A stretch of DNA of 64,000 nucleotides from the human T2T-CHM13v2.0 reference genome, Homo sapiens. Numbering within the stretch: position 1 is the stretch's first letter; each line of letters opens with the position of its first letter. The position numbers and the translations under genes are program-made. Where the stretch lies: the NCBI RefSeq assembly GCF_009914755.1, contig NC_060927.1; one strand, 5' to 3'. This document shows, piece after piece, positions 1 to 12,789 of this stretch. Below the pieces are notes generated by a model. It ran no database searches, had not been told where the DNA came from, and saw only the letters and a list, made by a program, of their open reading frames with translations.

Positions 1-1630
1 AATTCAACTCAAGATGGATGTATTAGGATTCTCTAGAGGAACAGAACTAATAAGTATATGCATATATAAAGGGGAGTTTATTAAGGAGTATTGACTCACA
101 CAATCACAAGATGAGGTTACACAACAGGCCATCTGCAAGCTGAGGAGCAAGGAGGCCAGTCGGAGTCCCAAAGCTGAAGAACTTGGAGTCCAATGTTTGA
201 GGGCAGAAAGCATCCAGCGTGGGAGAAAGATGCAAACTGAGAGACTAAGCTAGTCTAGCCTTTTCACGTTCTTCTGCCTGCTTTTATTCTGGCCATGCTG
301 GCAGCTGATTAATTTGTGCCCACCCAGATAGAGAGTGGGTCTGCCTTTCCAGGTCCACTGACTCAAATGTTAATCTCCTTAGGCAACACACTCACAGACA
401 CACCCAGGAACAGCACTTTGCATCCTTAAATCCAACCAAGTTGACACTTAATATTAACCATCACCATGGATTAAAGAATTAAATGTAAAACCCAAAACTG
501 TAAAAACCCTGGAAGAAAACTTAGCCAATACCATTCAGGAAATAAGCAGGGGCAAGTATTTCATGACAAAGATGCCAAAAGCAATAGCAACAAAAGCAAA
601 AATTGGCAAATGGAATCTAATTAAATTAAAAAGTTTCTGCACCACAAAAAAACTGTCAACAGAGTAAACAGAAAACCTACAGAGTGGGAGAAACTATGTG
701 CAAACTATGCATCTGCCAAAGATCTAACATCTAGCATCTATAAGGAACTTAAACAACTTTACCAGAAAAAAAAAAAATTAGAAAGGTGGCAAAGAACATG
801 AACAGACACTTTCAAAAAAGACGTATACACTGCCAACAAGCATGTGAAAAGCTGAATATCACTAGTCACTGGAGAATGCAAATCAAAACCACAGTAAGAT
901 ACCATCTCACACAAATCAGAATGGCTATTATTAAAAAGTCAAAAAAAAAAAAAAAAAAAAAAACAGATGCTGGCAAGAATGCAGAGAAAAGGAAATGCTT
1001 TTGCCGAGAGTGTAAATTGGTTCAACCATTGCGGAAAACAGTGTGGTGATTCCTCAAAGAGCTAAAAACAGAGCTACTGTTCAACTCAGCAGTTTCATTA
1101 TTGAGTATATACCCAAAGTAATATAAAATATTCTAGTATAAAGACACGTATGTACTTATGCTCACTGTTCACATTCGCAAAGAATGGAATCAACCTAAAT
1201 GTCCATCATTGGAAGTCTGGATAAAGAAAATGTGGTACATATACAACATGGAGTACTATGCAGCCATAAAAAGGATGAGATCATGTCTTGCAGGAACATG
1301 AATGGATCAAGAGGCCATTATCCTTATCAGACTAAAGCAAGAACACAAAACCAAATACTGTATGTTCTCACTTATAATTGAGAACTAAATGATAAGAACA
1401 TTTGGACACAAAGAGGAAAACTGGAGCCTCCCAGAGGGTGTAGGGTGGGAGAAGGGAGAAGAGCAGAAAAAATAATTGAGTACTAGGTTTAGTACCTGAG
1501 TGATGAAATAATATGTACATCAAACCCCCTCGGCATGAGTTTACCTATATAACAAATCTTCACATGTACTCCTGAACCTAAAATAAAAGTTATAGATAAA
1601 AAATAATAAATTAATTAAATAATAAAATAA
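1..1630 (+). mobile_element. 3' part of an old L1PA (about PA13-16) LINE-1: ORF2 C-terminus, 3' UTR and A-rich tail, interrupted by MLT2A
   Basis: ORF fragments [28 protein letters not shown] match the L1 ORF2p C-terminus. 3' UTR ends CCTGAACCTAAAATAAAAG followed by an A-rich tail to about 1630. Confidence 0.85.
19..465 (-). mobile_element. MLT2A (probably MLT2A1) ERVL solo LTR inserted into L1 ORF2
   Basis: Starts TGTATTAGGATTCTCTAGAGG and ends AATATTAACCATCAC(C), the reverse complement of the MLT2A start. Length 447 bp. Perfect 5-bp TSD ATGGA at 14-18 and 466-470; L1 ORF2 reads through once the LTR is removed. Confidence 0.85.
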
Positions 1631-2677
1631 AATATTTTGGCTTATTAACAGGGCACTTAGTCAGCCAAGAGCTCTGAAGCCTTGATGGAGATGTCTGAGG
1701 AGATTAATGTTTTCATGCCTTCTAACACAACATTCATCCTACAGCCATGAATTAAGAAGTAATTTCAACTTTCAAGTCTTATTATATAAGAAATATATTT
1801 TGTAAGGCTATAGCTGGTGCAGAGAGTGATTTCTCTGATGGTTCTAAGTAAAATAAATTGAAAACCTCTGAAAAGGGTTCACTATTGCACATGCCATTAA
1901 TAACATTTATGATTCATGGGAGGAGGCCAAAATTTCACCATTAACAAAAGTTTGGAAGAAGTTGATTTCAACCCTTGTGGATGACTTTGAGGGTTCAAGA
2001 CTTTAAGTGAGGAAGTAAATGCAGATGTGGTGGAGCTAGCAGTGGAGCCTGAAGTTGTGACTGAATTCCTGCAATCTCATTCTAAAACTTAAATGAGTAA
2101 GGAATTGCTTCTTACGTATGCTCAAAGAAAGTGGTTTATTGAGACCGAATCTTCTCCTGGTAAAGAGGCTGTGAACATCGTTGAAATTACAACAAAAGAT
2201 TTTGAAAATTACATAAATTAAATTGACAAAGCAGTGGTAGCGTTTGACAGGAGCAATACAAATTTTACCAATTTACTATACTTATCAAATATCATCACAT
2301 ACTGCAGACTAGTATTCCACGGAAGAAAGAATCAGTTGATGTGGCAAACTTCATTTTTGGCTTACTTTAAAGAATTGCCACAATGACCCCAATCTTCAGC
2401 AACCACCACCCTGATTAGTCAGCAGCCATCAGTAACAAGGCAGAGCTTCTACCAGCAAAAGGATGTATACAACTCACTCATGGCTCAGATAATTGCTAGC
2501 ATTTTTTGGTAATAAAATATCTTAAAGTTATATATATTGTTTTTTAGACATAATACTATTGCAAACTTAGATTACAGAATAGTGTAAATATAACTCTTTT
2601 GTGCACTGATTAACCAAAATTTTGTATGATTCACTTTATTGTTGTTGTCTGGAATCATATCTCTGAGATATGCTTTG
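1631..2677 (+). mobile_element. Tigger1 (TcMar-Tigger DNA transposon) 3' portion
   Basis: Tigger1 transposase-region sequence (CCAAGAGCTCTGA..GGAGATTAATGTTTTCATGCCTTCTAACACAACA; CCACCACCCTGATTAGTCAGCAGCCATCA). Terminal repeat-like end ATATCTCTGAGATATGCTTTG followed by TA. Confidence 0.85.
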
Positions 2678-3124
2678 TATACAATCAAGACTTCTACCCC
2701 TAATGTACACAGAAACTTACAAGTATCTTTCCACCATTTTTCTTATTTCAGTTTTTCTCTAGCATTACCTCGCTTTACCCTAATGTAACTTGTTAAGGGC
2801 TCCTGCTGAATCTTGTGCTTTATGAAACGCCTCATTCAAGAAATTTGATTTCTTCCTCATCAAGACTCTTTTGCCTTATATTATAGTGCCTGATACCTTG
2901 GCCCTTTGGAAGGAATTTTGTAAGCCAACTAATGGAAATATATGTGATAAAAAAAAAATCAAGTGACATAATTCAGTAAACCCTTAACAGGTAGATTGTC
3001 TATAGCAAAAGTTCAAGTTTGGTTGGGATTATAAATTAGGTTTATAAGAGACGCTATATTTAAAAAATAATAACCTGATGAAATAGGAAACACTATGCCA
3101 GACAGAATTTAACATATCACTCTA

Positions 3125-3385
3125 AATAATAATAATAGTATAATACACTTGTGAAATACTCACTTTGTTCCAAACACGGTGCCTAACATTTATTCATTGT
3201 GCTATTGTATCTTCAAAATGATCTAATTAATTAGGTACTAATAGTATCTAATTTATACAGATGGGAAAACTTGAAGTCAGAGACTTTACATGGTTTTCTC
3301 AAAATGATATTTAGTAAATGAGAAAGATGCAATTTGAACCCAGATATAACAGGCATTAAAGCCTACTCTCCATTGAAACCATTAA
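3125..3385 (-). mobile_element. MIR SINE
   Basis: MIR core-like TTTATACAGATGGGAAAACTTGAAGTCAGAGA and ATTTGAACCCAG. Confidence 0.65.
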
Positions 3386-4239
3386 ATGGTCTTACTGTGC
3401 CTATTTCATTACAGGTGCATATAGAAATCACAGATATTTATTATTTCATTTTCTTCCTTCTTAATTGCAATCCAAATTGTATTTTTAAACCTCAATTTTA
3501 TTATACTAGTTAGAGAATACAGGCTCAGCCAATTCAAGATGTTCTCTCTCTGTTTCCTAGGGTTGTTTCTGAATTCAATTCAGTTTCAAGAATTATATAT
3601 GTGTGATGCAAAATATTTTAGGTGTTTAATTAGAGTTTTCATCTCTTTATTCTACCAGTGACTTTTCTATCATTATTCGATTCTAATTTAACCTGTGGTC
3701 GACTATTGGATTCTAGTTTAACCTACAGTCCACCTAGCTGCCTGCTGTGTTGTCTGTTTATCTTATCCAGGAGTTTCCTTGGATTCAGCTCTTCTCTTTC
3801 AGGTCATTAGGAGTCCACTCTTCAAGCCACAGAAATCTTAAATATCTGATTAGCACTATTATTTACTTAATATTTTAAAAATAATATCCCACCAGATAAT
3901 AAATGAATATTTCTATCTCTTCAGCAACTCTATGCTTCTTGTATGTCTTCAGCAACTCTGTTAAACAAATGAACAAGCAGTTTTATACCCATTCTGCACA
4001 AGATAAAATTGAGGCTTTATACATTATCTAATGCTTTGTGACTAAAATCTGGTAGAATGAGAAAAATAATCCAAATATTATATATTCCCAATTTAGAGCT
4101 TTGAAAGTAAAACAAAAGTGCTGCATAAATCAATCAAAGGAAGTGATTGTGTGTGGTCAGGAGGTTGAAGTATATAGAGAATAGAAGTATTAAATAAGAT
4201 TAGAAGCGGCTTCATGACAAAAGTGTCATTTTAAGTAGA

Positions 4240-4510
4240 TAAAGAAATAAACAAATACCACATGTTATCACTTATAAGTGGGAGCTAAATACTGGGTACA
4301 CACAGACATAAATATGGGAACGGTAGTCACTGGGGACTCCAAAAGAGGGAAGGCAGTGAGGGAGGAAGGTTTGAAAAACTGCCTATTGAGTATTTTGTTC
4401 ACTATTAGGGTGATGGGATCAATAGAAGCCCAAACCTCAGTATCATGCTATATACCCATGTGACAAACCTATACAGGTACCCCTGAATCTAAATATTTTC
4501 TAAAAAAAAG
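4240..4510 (+). mobile_element. 5'-truncated L1PB-type 3' UTR fragment
   Basis: CACTTATAAGTGGGAGCTAAA...AGAAGCCCAAACCTCAGTATCATGCTATATACCCATG...CCCTGAATCTAAA plus A-rich tail. Confidence 0.75.
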
Positions 4511-4549
4511 TATATCTTTTAAAATCTCTCAAAATTCATTAATAGAGAA

Positions 4550-4840
4550 CAAATTCCTATTTTTATTACATAGAATTCTATTATTTTGGTGTATAATAAT
4601 TAATTGTATCAATCCCCTTTGAGGAACATTTGTTTTTCTCCTAATCTTTGGTTGCAAACATTGCTACAATAAGTAAAATTATTTTACTTGTAATCAAGTA
4701 TACATAAGGACCAATTCTGTAAAGAGGAATTGCTGGGTTGACAGAAGTAGGCTTCAGAAGGTGGGTAATAACAAACTCCTTTGAGCTAAAGGATGCACGA
4801 GCAAGTACATTTGCAATTTTGATAGATACTGACAAATTGG
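4550..4840 (-). mobile_element. Ancient L1M fragment carrying a 56-bp sense L1PA ORF1 insert at 4738-4793
   Basis: Degenerate antisense L1 motifs (GGAATTGCTGGGT..., ATTTGCAATTTTGATAGATACTGACAAATTG) on both sides of the insert. Confidence 0.55.
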
Positions 4841-5215
4841 AGGGCTAATTATTTAATAACCATTATGTATTTTAGGATGCTCATTAAGAGTGGTATTGTA
4901 ACAAGAAGCCACAACAGAAAATTTTAGTTACCTAATAGTGACTATTCCTATTGAATTTGTATCTATAAGGACTGTAAAAACATTGTCTTGAGTTTCTCAG
5001 AAGTCACACCTGATGCCCTGAAGTGGTAATATCTTCTACAAAGCAGGTGATCACTTTTTATATTATTATCTTATTCCATGTTCACTCTGTAAAGAATTTT
5101 AACTGATTTAAGACATATAAATTTACTCCACAAAAAAAAATTAACATCAAATGATTTGGAAGGAGTAAGTGGATGGAAGAGAAGAAGGTGGCTATAAAAT
5201 AAGAATAAGACTAAT

Positions 5216-8200
5216 GGGGGTGGCTGGCAAGAGGGTCAAATAGGAACAGCTCCAGTCTGCAGCTCCCAGCGAGATCAACACAGAAGGCAGGTGATTTCTG
5301 CATTTTCCAACTGAGGTACCGGGCTCATCTCATTGGGAGTGGTTAGATAGTGATTGCAGCCCACAGAGGGTGAGTAAAAGCAGGGTGGGGCATCATCTCA
5401 CCCAGGAAGCACAAGGGGTCGGAGAACTCCCTCCCCTAGCCAAGGAAAGCCATGAGGGACTGTGTCATGAGAAACTGTGCATTCTGACCAAGACAATATG
5501 CTTTTCCTATGGTCTTCACATCCCACAGGCCAGGAGATTCCCTCGGGTGCCTATAACACCAGGTCCCTGGGTTTCAAGCACAAAACTGGGTAGCCATTTG
5601 GGCAGACACGGAGCTAGCTGCAGGATTTTTTTCCTACCACAGTGGCACCGGGAATGCCAGTGAGACAGAAGTGTTCAATCCCCTGAAAAGGGAGCTGAAG
5701 CCAGGAGGCAAGTGGTATAGCTCAGCAGATCCCACCACCATGGAGCCCAGCAAGCTAAAATCCACTGGCTTGAAATTCTCACAGCCAGCACAGCAATCTG
5801 AAGTTGACCTGGGATGCTTGAGCTTGGGGTGTGGGAGGGGTGTCCACCATTACTGAGGCTTGAGTAGGCAGTTTTCCCCTCACAGTGTAAACAAAGCTGC
5901 TGGGAAGTTCAAACTGGGAGGAACCCACCACAGCTTGGCAAAGCCGCTGTATGTAACCCAACTGCCTCTCTAGATTCCTCCTCTCCGGACAGGGCATCTG
6001 TGAAAGAAAGGCAGCAGCCCCAGTCAGGGGCTTATAGATAAAACTCCCATCTCCCTGGGACAGAGCACCTAGGGGAAGGGGCGGCTGTGAGCACAGCTTC
6101 AGCAGACTTAAACATTCCTGCCTGCCGACTCTGAAAAGAGCAGCAGATCTCCCAGGACAGCTCTAATAATGGACAGACTGCATCCTCAAGTGGGTCCCTG
6201 ACCCCATGCCTCCTGACAGGGAGACACCTCCCAACAGGGGTCGACAGACACCTCATACAGGAGAGTGACAGCTGGCATCGGGCAGGTGCCCCTCTGAGAC
6301 AAAGCTTCCAGAGGAAGGAACAGGCAGCAATCTTTGCCATTCTGCAGCCTCTGCTGGGGATACTCAAGCAAAAAGGGTCTGGAGTGGACCTCCAGCAAAC
6401 TCCAACAGACCTGGAGCAGAGGGGCCTGGCTGTTAGAAGGAAAACTAACAAACAGCAAAGAATAGCATCAACATCAACAAAAAGGATGTCCACACAAAAA
6501 CCCCTTCCGAAAGTCACCAACATCAAAGACCAAAGGTAGATAAATCCACAAGATGAGGAAAAAACAGTGAAAAAAGGCTGAAAATTCCAAATACCAGAAC
6601 GCCTCTTCTCCTCCAAAGGATCACAACTCCTCACCAGCAAGGAATTAAAACTGTATGGAGAATGAGTTTGACAAATTGACAGAAGTAGGCTTCAGGAGGT
6701 GGGTAATAACAAACTCCTTCAAGCTAAAAGAACATGTTCTAACCCAAAGCAAGGAAGCTAAGAATCTTGAAAAAAGGTTAGAGAAATTGATAACTAGAAT
6801 AACTAGTTTAGAGAAGAACATAAATGACCTGATGGAGCTGAAAAACACAGCACGAGAACTTTGTGAAGCATACACAAGTATCAAAGGTGAATCTATCAAG
6901 TGGAAGAAAGAATATCAGAGATTGGAGATCAACTTAATTAAATAAAGCATGAAGACAAGATTACAGAAAAAAGAATGAAAAGGAACGAACAAAGCCACCA
7001 AGAAATACAGGACTATGTGAAAAGACCAAACCTATGTGTGATTGGTGTACCTGAAAGTGACAGGGAGAATGGAACCAAGTTGGAAAACACTTTTTAGGAT
7101 ATTATTCAGGAGAACTTCCCCAACCTAGCAAGACAGGCCAACATTCAAATTCAGGAAATACAGAGAACACCACAAAGATACTCCTGAAGAAGGGCAACCC
7201 CAAGACACATAATCGTCAGATTCACCAAGGTTGAAATGAATGAAAAAAATGTTAAGAGCAGCCAGAGAGAAAGGTGGGTTACCCACAAAGAGAAGCCCAT
7301 CAGACTAACAGTGGATCTCTCTGCAGAAACCTTATAAGCCAGAAGAGAGTGGGGCCAATATTCAACATTTTTAAAGAAAAGAATTTTCAACCCAGAATTT
7401 CATATCCAGCCAAACTAAGCTTCATAAATGAAGAAGAAATAAAATCTTTTTCAGACAAGCAAATGCTGAGAGATTTTGTCACCACCAGGTCTGCCTTAAA
7501 ACAGCTTCTGAAGGAAGCACTCAATATGGAAAAGAAAAAAAAAATCTGGTACCCGCCACTGCAAGACATGCCAAATTGTAAAGACCATTGACACTATGAA
7601 GAAACTGCATCAACTAATAGGCAAAATAACCAGCTAGCATCATAATGACAGGATCAAATTCACATGTAATAATATTACTCTTAAATGTAAACAATTTAAA
7701 TGCCCCAATTAAAAGACACAGACTGACAAATTGGATAAAGAATCAAAACCCATCAGTGTGCTATATTCAGGAGACCCATCTCATGTGCAAAGACACATCA
7801 CATAAGCTCAAAATAAACGGATGGAGGAATATTTACCAAGCAAATGGGAAGCAAAAAAGGCAGGAGTTGCAATCCTAGTCTCTTATAAGACAAACTTTAA
7901 ACCAACAGAGATAAGAAAAGACAAAGAAGGGCATTACAAGACGGTAAAGTGATCAATGCAACAAGAAGAGCTAACTGTCCTAAATATACACGCACCCAAT
8001 ACAGGAGGACCCAGATTCATAAAGCAAGTTCTTAGAGACCTACAAAGAGACTTAGACTCCCACACAATAATAGTGGAGACTTTAACACCCCACTGACAGT
8101 ATTAGACAGATCAATGAGACAGAAAATTGACAAGGATATTCAGGACTTGAAGTCAGCACTGGGCCAAGCAAACTTAATAGACATTTACAGGACTCTCCAC

Positions 8201-11200
8201 CCCAAATCAACAGAATATACATTCTTCTCAGCACCACAATGCACTTAATATAAAACTGACCACATAATTGGAAGTAAAACACTCCTCAGCAAATGCAGAA
8301 GAATAGATATCATAACAGTCTCTCAGATCACAGTGCAATCAAATTAAAACTCAGGATTAAGAAACTCATTCAAAACCACACACCTACATGGACACTGAAT
8401 GACCTGCTCCTGAATGACTACTGGGTAAATAATGACATTAAGGCAGAAAAAAATAAGTTATTTGAAACCAAGGAGAACAAAGGCACAACATACCAGAATC
8501 TTTGGGACACAGCTAAAGCAGTGTTTATACAGAAATTTATAGCACTAAATGCCCACAGGATAAAGAAGGAAATATCTAAAATCGACAGTCTAACATCACA
8601 ATTAAAAGAACTAGAGAAGCAAGAGCAAACACGTTCAAAAGCTAGCAGAAGACAAAAAATAACTAAAATTAGAGCAGAACTGAAGGAGATAGAGACACGA
8701 AAAACCCTTCAAAAAATCAATGAATCCAGGAGCTGTTTTTTTGGAAAAGATTAACAAAATGGATAGGTTGCTAGCAAGACTAATAAAGAAGAGAGAAGAA
8801 TCGAATAGACACAATAAAAAATGATAAAGGGGATATCACCATTGATCCCATAGAAATACAAACTACCATCAGAGAATACAATAAAAACCTCTACGTAAAT
8901 AAACCAGAATATCTAGAAGAAATGGATAAATTCCTGGACACATACACCCTCCCAAGAGTAAAACAGGAAGAAGTCAAATCCGTGAATAGACCAATAACAA
9001 GTTCTGAAATTGAGGCAGTAATTATAGCCTAACAATTAAAAAAAAGCCCATGATCAGACAGATTCACAGTCGAATTCTCCCACAGGTACAAAGAGGAGCT
9101 GGTACCATTACTTCTGAAACTATTCCAAACAATAATAAAAGAGGGAGTCCTCTCTAAATCACTGTATGAAGCCAGCATCATCTTGATACCAAAACCTGGC
9201 AGAGACACAACAACAAAAAGACAATTTCAGGCCAATATCCCTGATGAACATCGATGCAAAAATCTTCAGTAAAATACTGACAAACTGATGAAAAGCTTAT
9301 CCACCACATCAAAAAGCACATCAAAAACCTTATCCACCACAATCTAGTCAGCTTCATCACTGGAATGCAAGGCTGATTTGACATGCACAAAACAATAAAT
9401 ATAATCCATTATATAAACAGAACCAATGACAAAAAACATGCTATTATCTCAATAGATGCAGAAAGGGCCTTCAACAAAATTCAACACCACTTCATGCTAA
9501 AAACCCTCAATAAACTAGGTATTGATGGAACATATCTCAAAATAATCAGAGCTATTTATGACAAACACACAGCAAATATTATACTGAATGGGCAAAAGCT
9601 GGAAGCATTCCCTTTGAAATCTGGCACAAAACAAGGATGTCCTCTCTCACCACTCCTATTTGACATAGGATTGGAAGTTCTGGCAAGGGCAATAAGGCAA
9701 GAGAAAGAAATAAAGGGTATTCAAACAGGAAGAGAGGACGTCAAATTGTCTCTGTTTGCAGACAACATGATTGTCTATTTAGAATACCCCATTGTCTCAG
9801 CCCCAAATCTCCTTAAGCTGATAAGCAACTTCAGCAAAGCCTCAGGATACAAAATCAATGTGCAAAATTCACAAGCATTTCTATACGCCCATAATAGACA
9901 AACAGAGAACCAAATCATGAGTGAATTCCCATTCACAATTGCTACAAAGAAAATAAAATACCTAGGAATACAACTTACAAAGGATATGAAGGACCTCTTC
10001 AAGGAGAACTACAAACCACTGCTCAAGGAAATAAGAGAGGACATAAAAAAAATGTAAAAACATTCCATGCTCATGGATAGTAAAAATCAATATCGTGAAA
10101 ATGGCCATACTGCCCAAAGTAATTTATAGATTCAGTGCAAACCCCATCAAGCTACCATTGACTTTCTTCACAGAGTTAGAATAAAACTACTTTAAATTTC
10201 ATATGGAACCAAAAAAGAGCTCATATAGCCAAGACAATCCTAAGTAAAAAAAACAAAGCTGGAGGCATCATGCTACCTGACTTCAAACTATACTACAAGG
10301 CTACAGTAACCAAAACAGCATGGTACTGGTACCAAAACAGATATATGGACCAACGGAACAGAACAGAGCCCTCAGAAATAAGGCCACACATCTACAACCA
10401 TCTGATCTTTGACAAACCTGACAAAAACAAGCAATGGGGAAAGGATTCCCTATTTAATAAATTGTGTTGGGAATACTGGCTAGCCATATGCAGAAAACTG
10501 AAACTGGACCCCTTCCTTACCCCTTATACAAAAATTAACTCAAGATGAGTTAAAGACTTAAACATAAAACCTAAAACCATCAAAACCCTAGAAGAAAACC
10601 TAGGCAATACCATTCAGGACATAGGCATGGGCAAGGACTTCATGACTAAAACACCAAAAGCAATGGCAACAAAGCCAGGATTGACAAATGGGTTCTAATT
10701 AAACTAAAGAGCTTCTGCACAGCAAAAGAATCTATCATCAGAGTGAACAGGCAACCTATAGAATGGGAGAAAATTTTTGCAATCTATCCATCTGACAAAG
10801 GGTTAATATCCAGAATCTACAAGGAACTTAAACAAATGTACAAGAAAAAAACAAACAACTCCATCAAAAAGTGGGTGAAGCACATGAACACTTTTCAAAA
10901 GAAGGCATTTATGCAGCCAACAAACATATGAAAAAACTTCTTCATCACTGGTCATTACAGAAATGTAAATCAAAACCACAATGAGACACTATCTCACGCC
11001 AGTTAGAATGGTGATTATTAGAAAGTCAGAAAACAACAGATGCTGGAGAGGATGTGCAGAAATAGAAGCACTTTTACACGGTTGGTGGGAGTGTAAATTA
11101 GTTCAAGCATTGTGGAAGACAGTGTGGTGATTCCTCAAGGATCCAGAACCAGAAATACCATTTGACCCAGAAATCCCATTACTAGGTATATACCCAAAGA

Positions 11201-11766
11201 ATTACAAATCATTCTACTATAGAGACAAATGCACACTTATGTTTATTGCAGCACTATTCACAGTAGCAAAGACTTGGAACCAACCCAAATGCCCATCAGT
11301 GATAGACTGGATTAAGAAAATGTGGCACATATACACATATATGGAATACCATACATCCATAAAAAAGGATGAATTCATGTCCTTTGCAGGGACATGAATG
11401 AAGCTGGAAACGATCATTCTGAGCAAACTAACAGAAGAACAGATAAGCAAATACCACATGTTCTCACTCATAAGTGGGAGTTGAACAATGAGAATACATG
11501 GACACAGGGAGGGAAACATCACACACCAGGGCCTGTTGGTGGGGTGGGGTCTAGAGGAGGAATAGCATTAGGAGAAATACCTAATGTAGATGACGGGTTG
11601 ATGGGTGCAGCAAACCACTATGGCACGTGTAAACCTATGTAACAAACCTGCATGTTCTGCCCATGTATTCTAGAACTTAAAGTATATTTTTTAAAAAACC
11701 TGGAAAATATAGAAAAGTATCAATAAAAATTATTCTCCTCTTCCACCCTGAAATAAACAAAAAAAA
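5216..11766 (+). mobile_element. Full-length decayed L1PA7-like LINE-1 with 5' UTR, disrupted ORF1 (about 6550-7590), disrupted ORF2 (from 7645), 3' UTR, extra 3' segment and poly(A)
   Basis: 5' start GGGGGTGGCTGGCAAGA..TAGGAACAGCTCC. ORF1p pieces (NFQPRISYPAKLSF), ORF2p endonuclease start MTGSNSHVIILLLNVN, RT motifs [10 protein letters not shown] and LFADNM. 3' UTR GTAGATGACGGGTTGATGGGTGCAGCAAAC is PA7-like. TSD AAGAATAAGACTAAT (5201-5215) vs AAGAATAAAAGTAAT (11767-11781), 13/15. Confidence 0.92.
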
Positions 11767-12789
11767 AAGAATAAAAGTAATACAAACTTCTCCAAGATTT
11801 TGCATTTAACATGGATTTGTATTAGAGAACCTAATGTGTGTTTGAATATTTTAATAAATGTAAAGAATTATTAACTCTGCTCTCTGTTTCCAACTAATTT
11901 ACACACTATTTTATCATGAATTTATGTTTTGTTTATGCTACATAATGCATACTTATTTTTACAGGACCTTTCAATATTATATTTTAAAGAAGAAATGATG
12001 GCAATGCTGTATAGCATGTAGCAGTGCATAGAATATTTAGATACAAGAAGACTTTCTGTATTACCTGAATAGACACCTCATAGATTACTTACGCAAAAAG
12101 AGACAACATTATTTATGTTCTATGGTAGTAAGGCATCACTGATACGGTGACTTAAAGAACTGAAAAATTTTACAGAAAATTTAGTGGACCACATCATAGA
12201 CACTATTATATGAGAGTCACTTTACACAGGTTGATTAATTTAATGTGGTTAACCCTACTAGTTAACATAGTTTTTCTCACTTTAGTGGTAGGGGAAATAT
12301 GGTTCATAGCCTAAGAACTTGATAAATTAAATTGGTTGAGAATTGAGTGCAAGTCTTTTCTACTAAGGGGCCCTCCATTATCACTTATTATAGCTTAGTC
12401 CTTCGCCATCTTTGCTGTAGACACGCAAAAATATTTTTGTAAATCTTAAAGTCTTCAAACAACCTATGTTGGGACACATCTTGAAATGAATCTTATATGG
12501 GATAAATCTTCTCTCTCATACAAAGTAAAATAATTAACTATTTTCATTTGTCTATGATGTGTATTGTAATAATTCCCAACCCCCCCGAAAAAAAAAAAAA
12601 AACAAATTGAAAGAATGGAACAATGAGCACACATATGCACACTTTCAAAATTTATCAACATTTTGTTCCACCTATATGCAGAGGTATAATTTATATTAAA
12701 AATGTGCTGTTTTAAAATAAAAAAGTTGAATGAGTTTTGATAAATATGAATAGTAATGTAAGAGAACTAGTACCATCAGAACATAGAAG

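Noticed and set aside
6032-6640. 202-aa minus-strand ORF in the L1 5' UTR/ORF1 start
   Set aside because: Antisense shadow of L1 sequence with no recognisable domain; I cannot equate it with the known L1 ORF0.
9383-10057. 224-aa reverse-transcriptase ORF as a functional or domesticated RT
   Set aside because: It is a fragment of a multiply disrupted L1 ORF2, and the catalytic FADD motif reads FADN.
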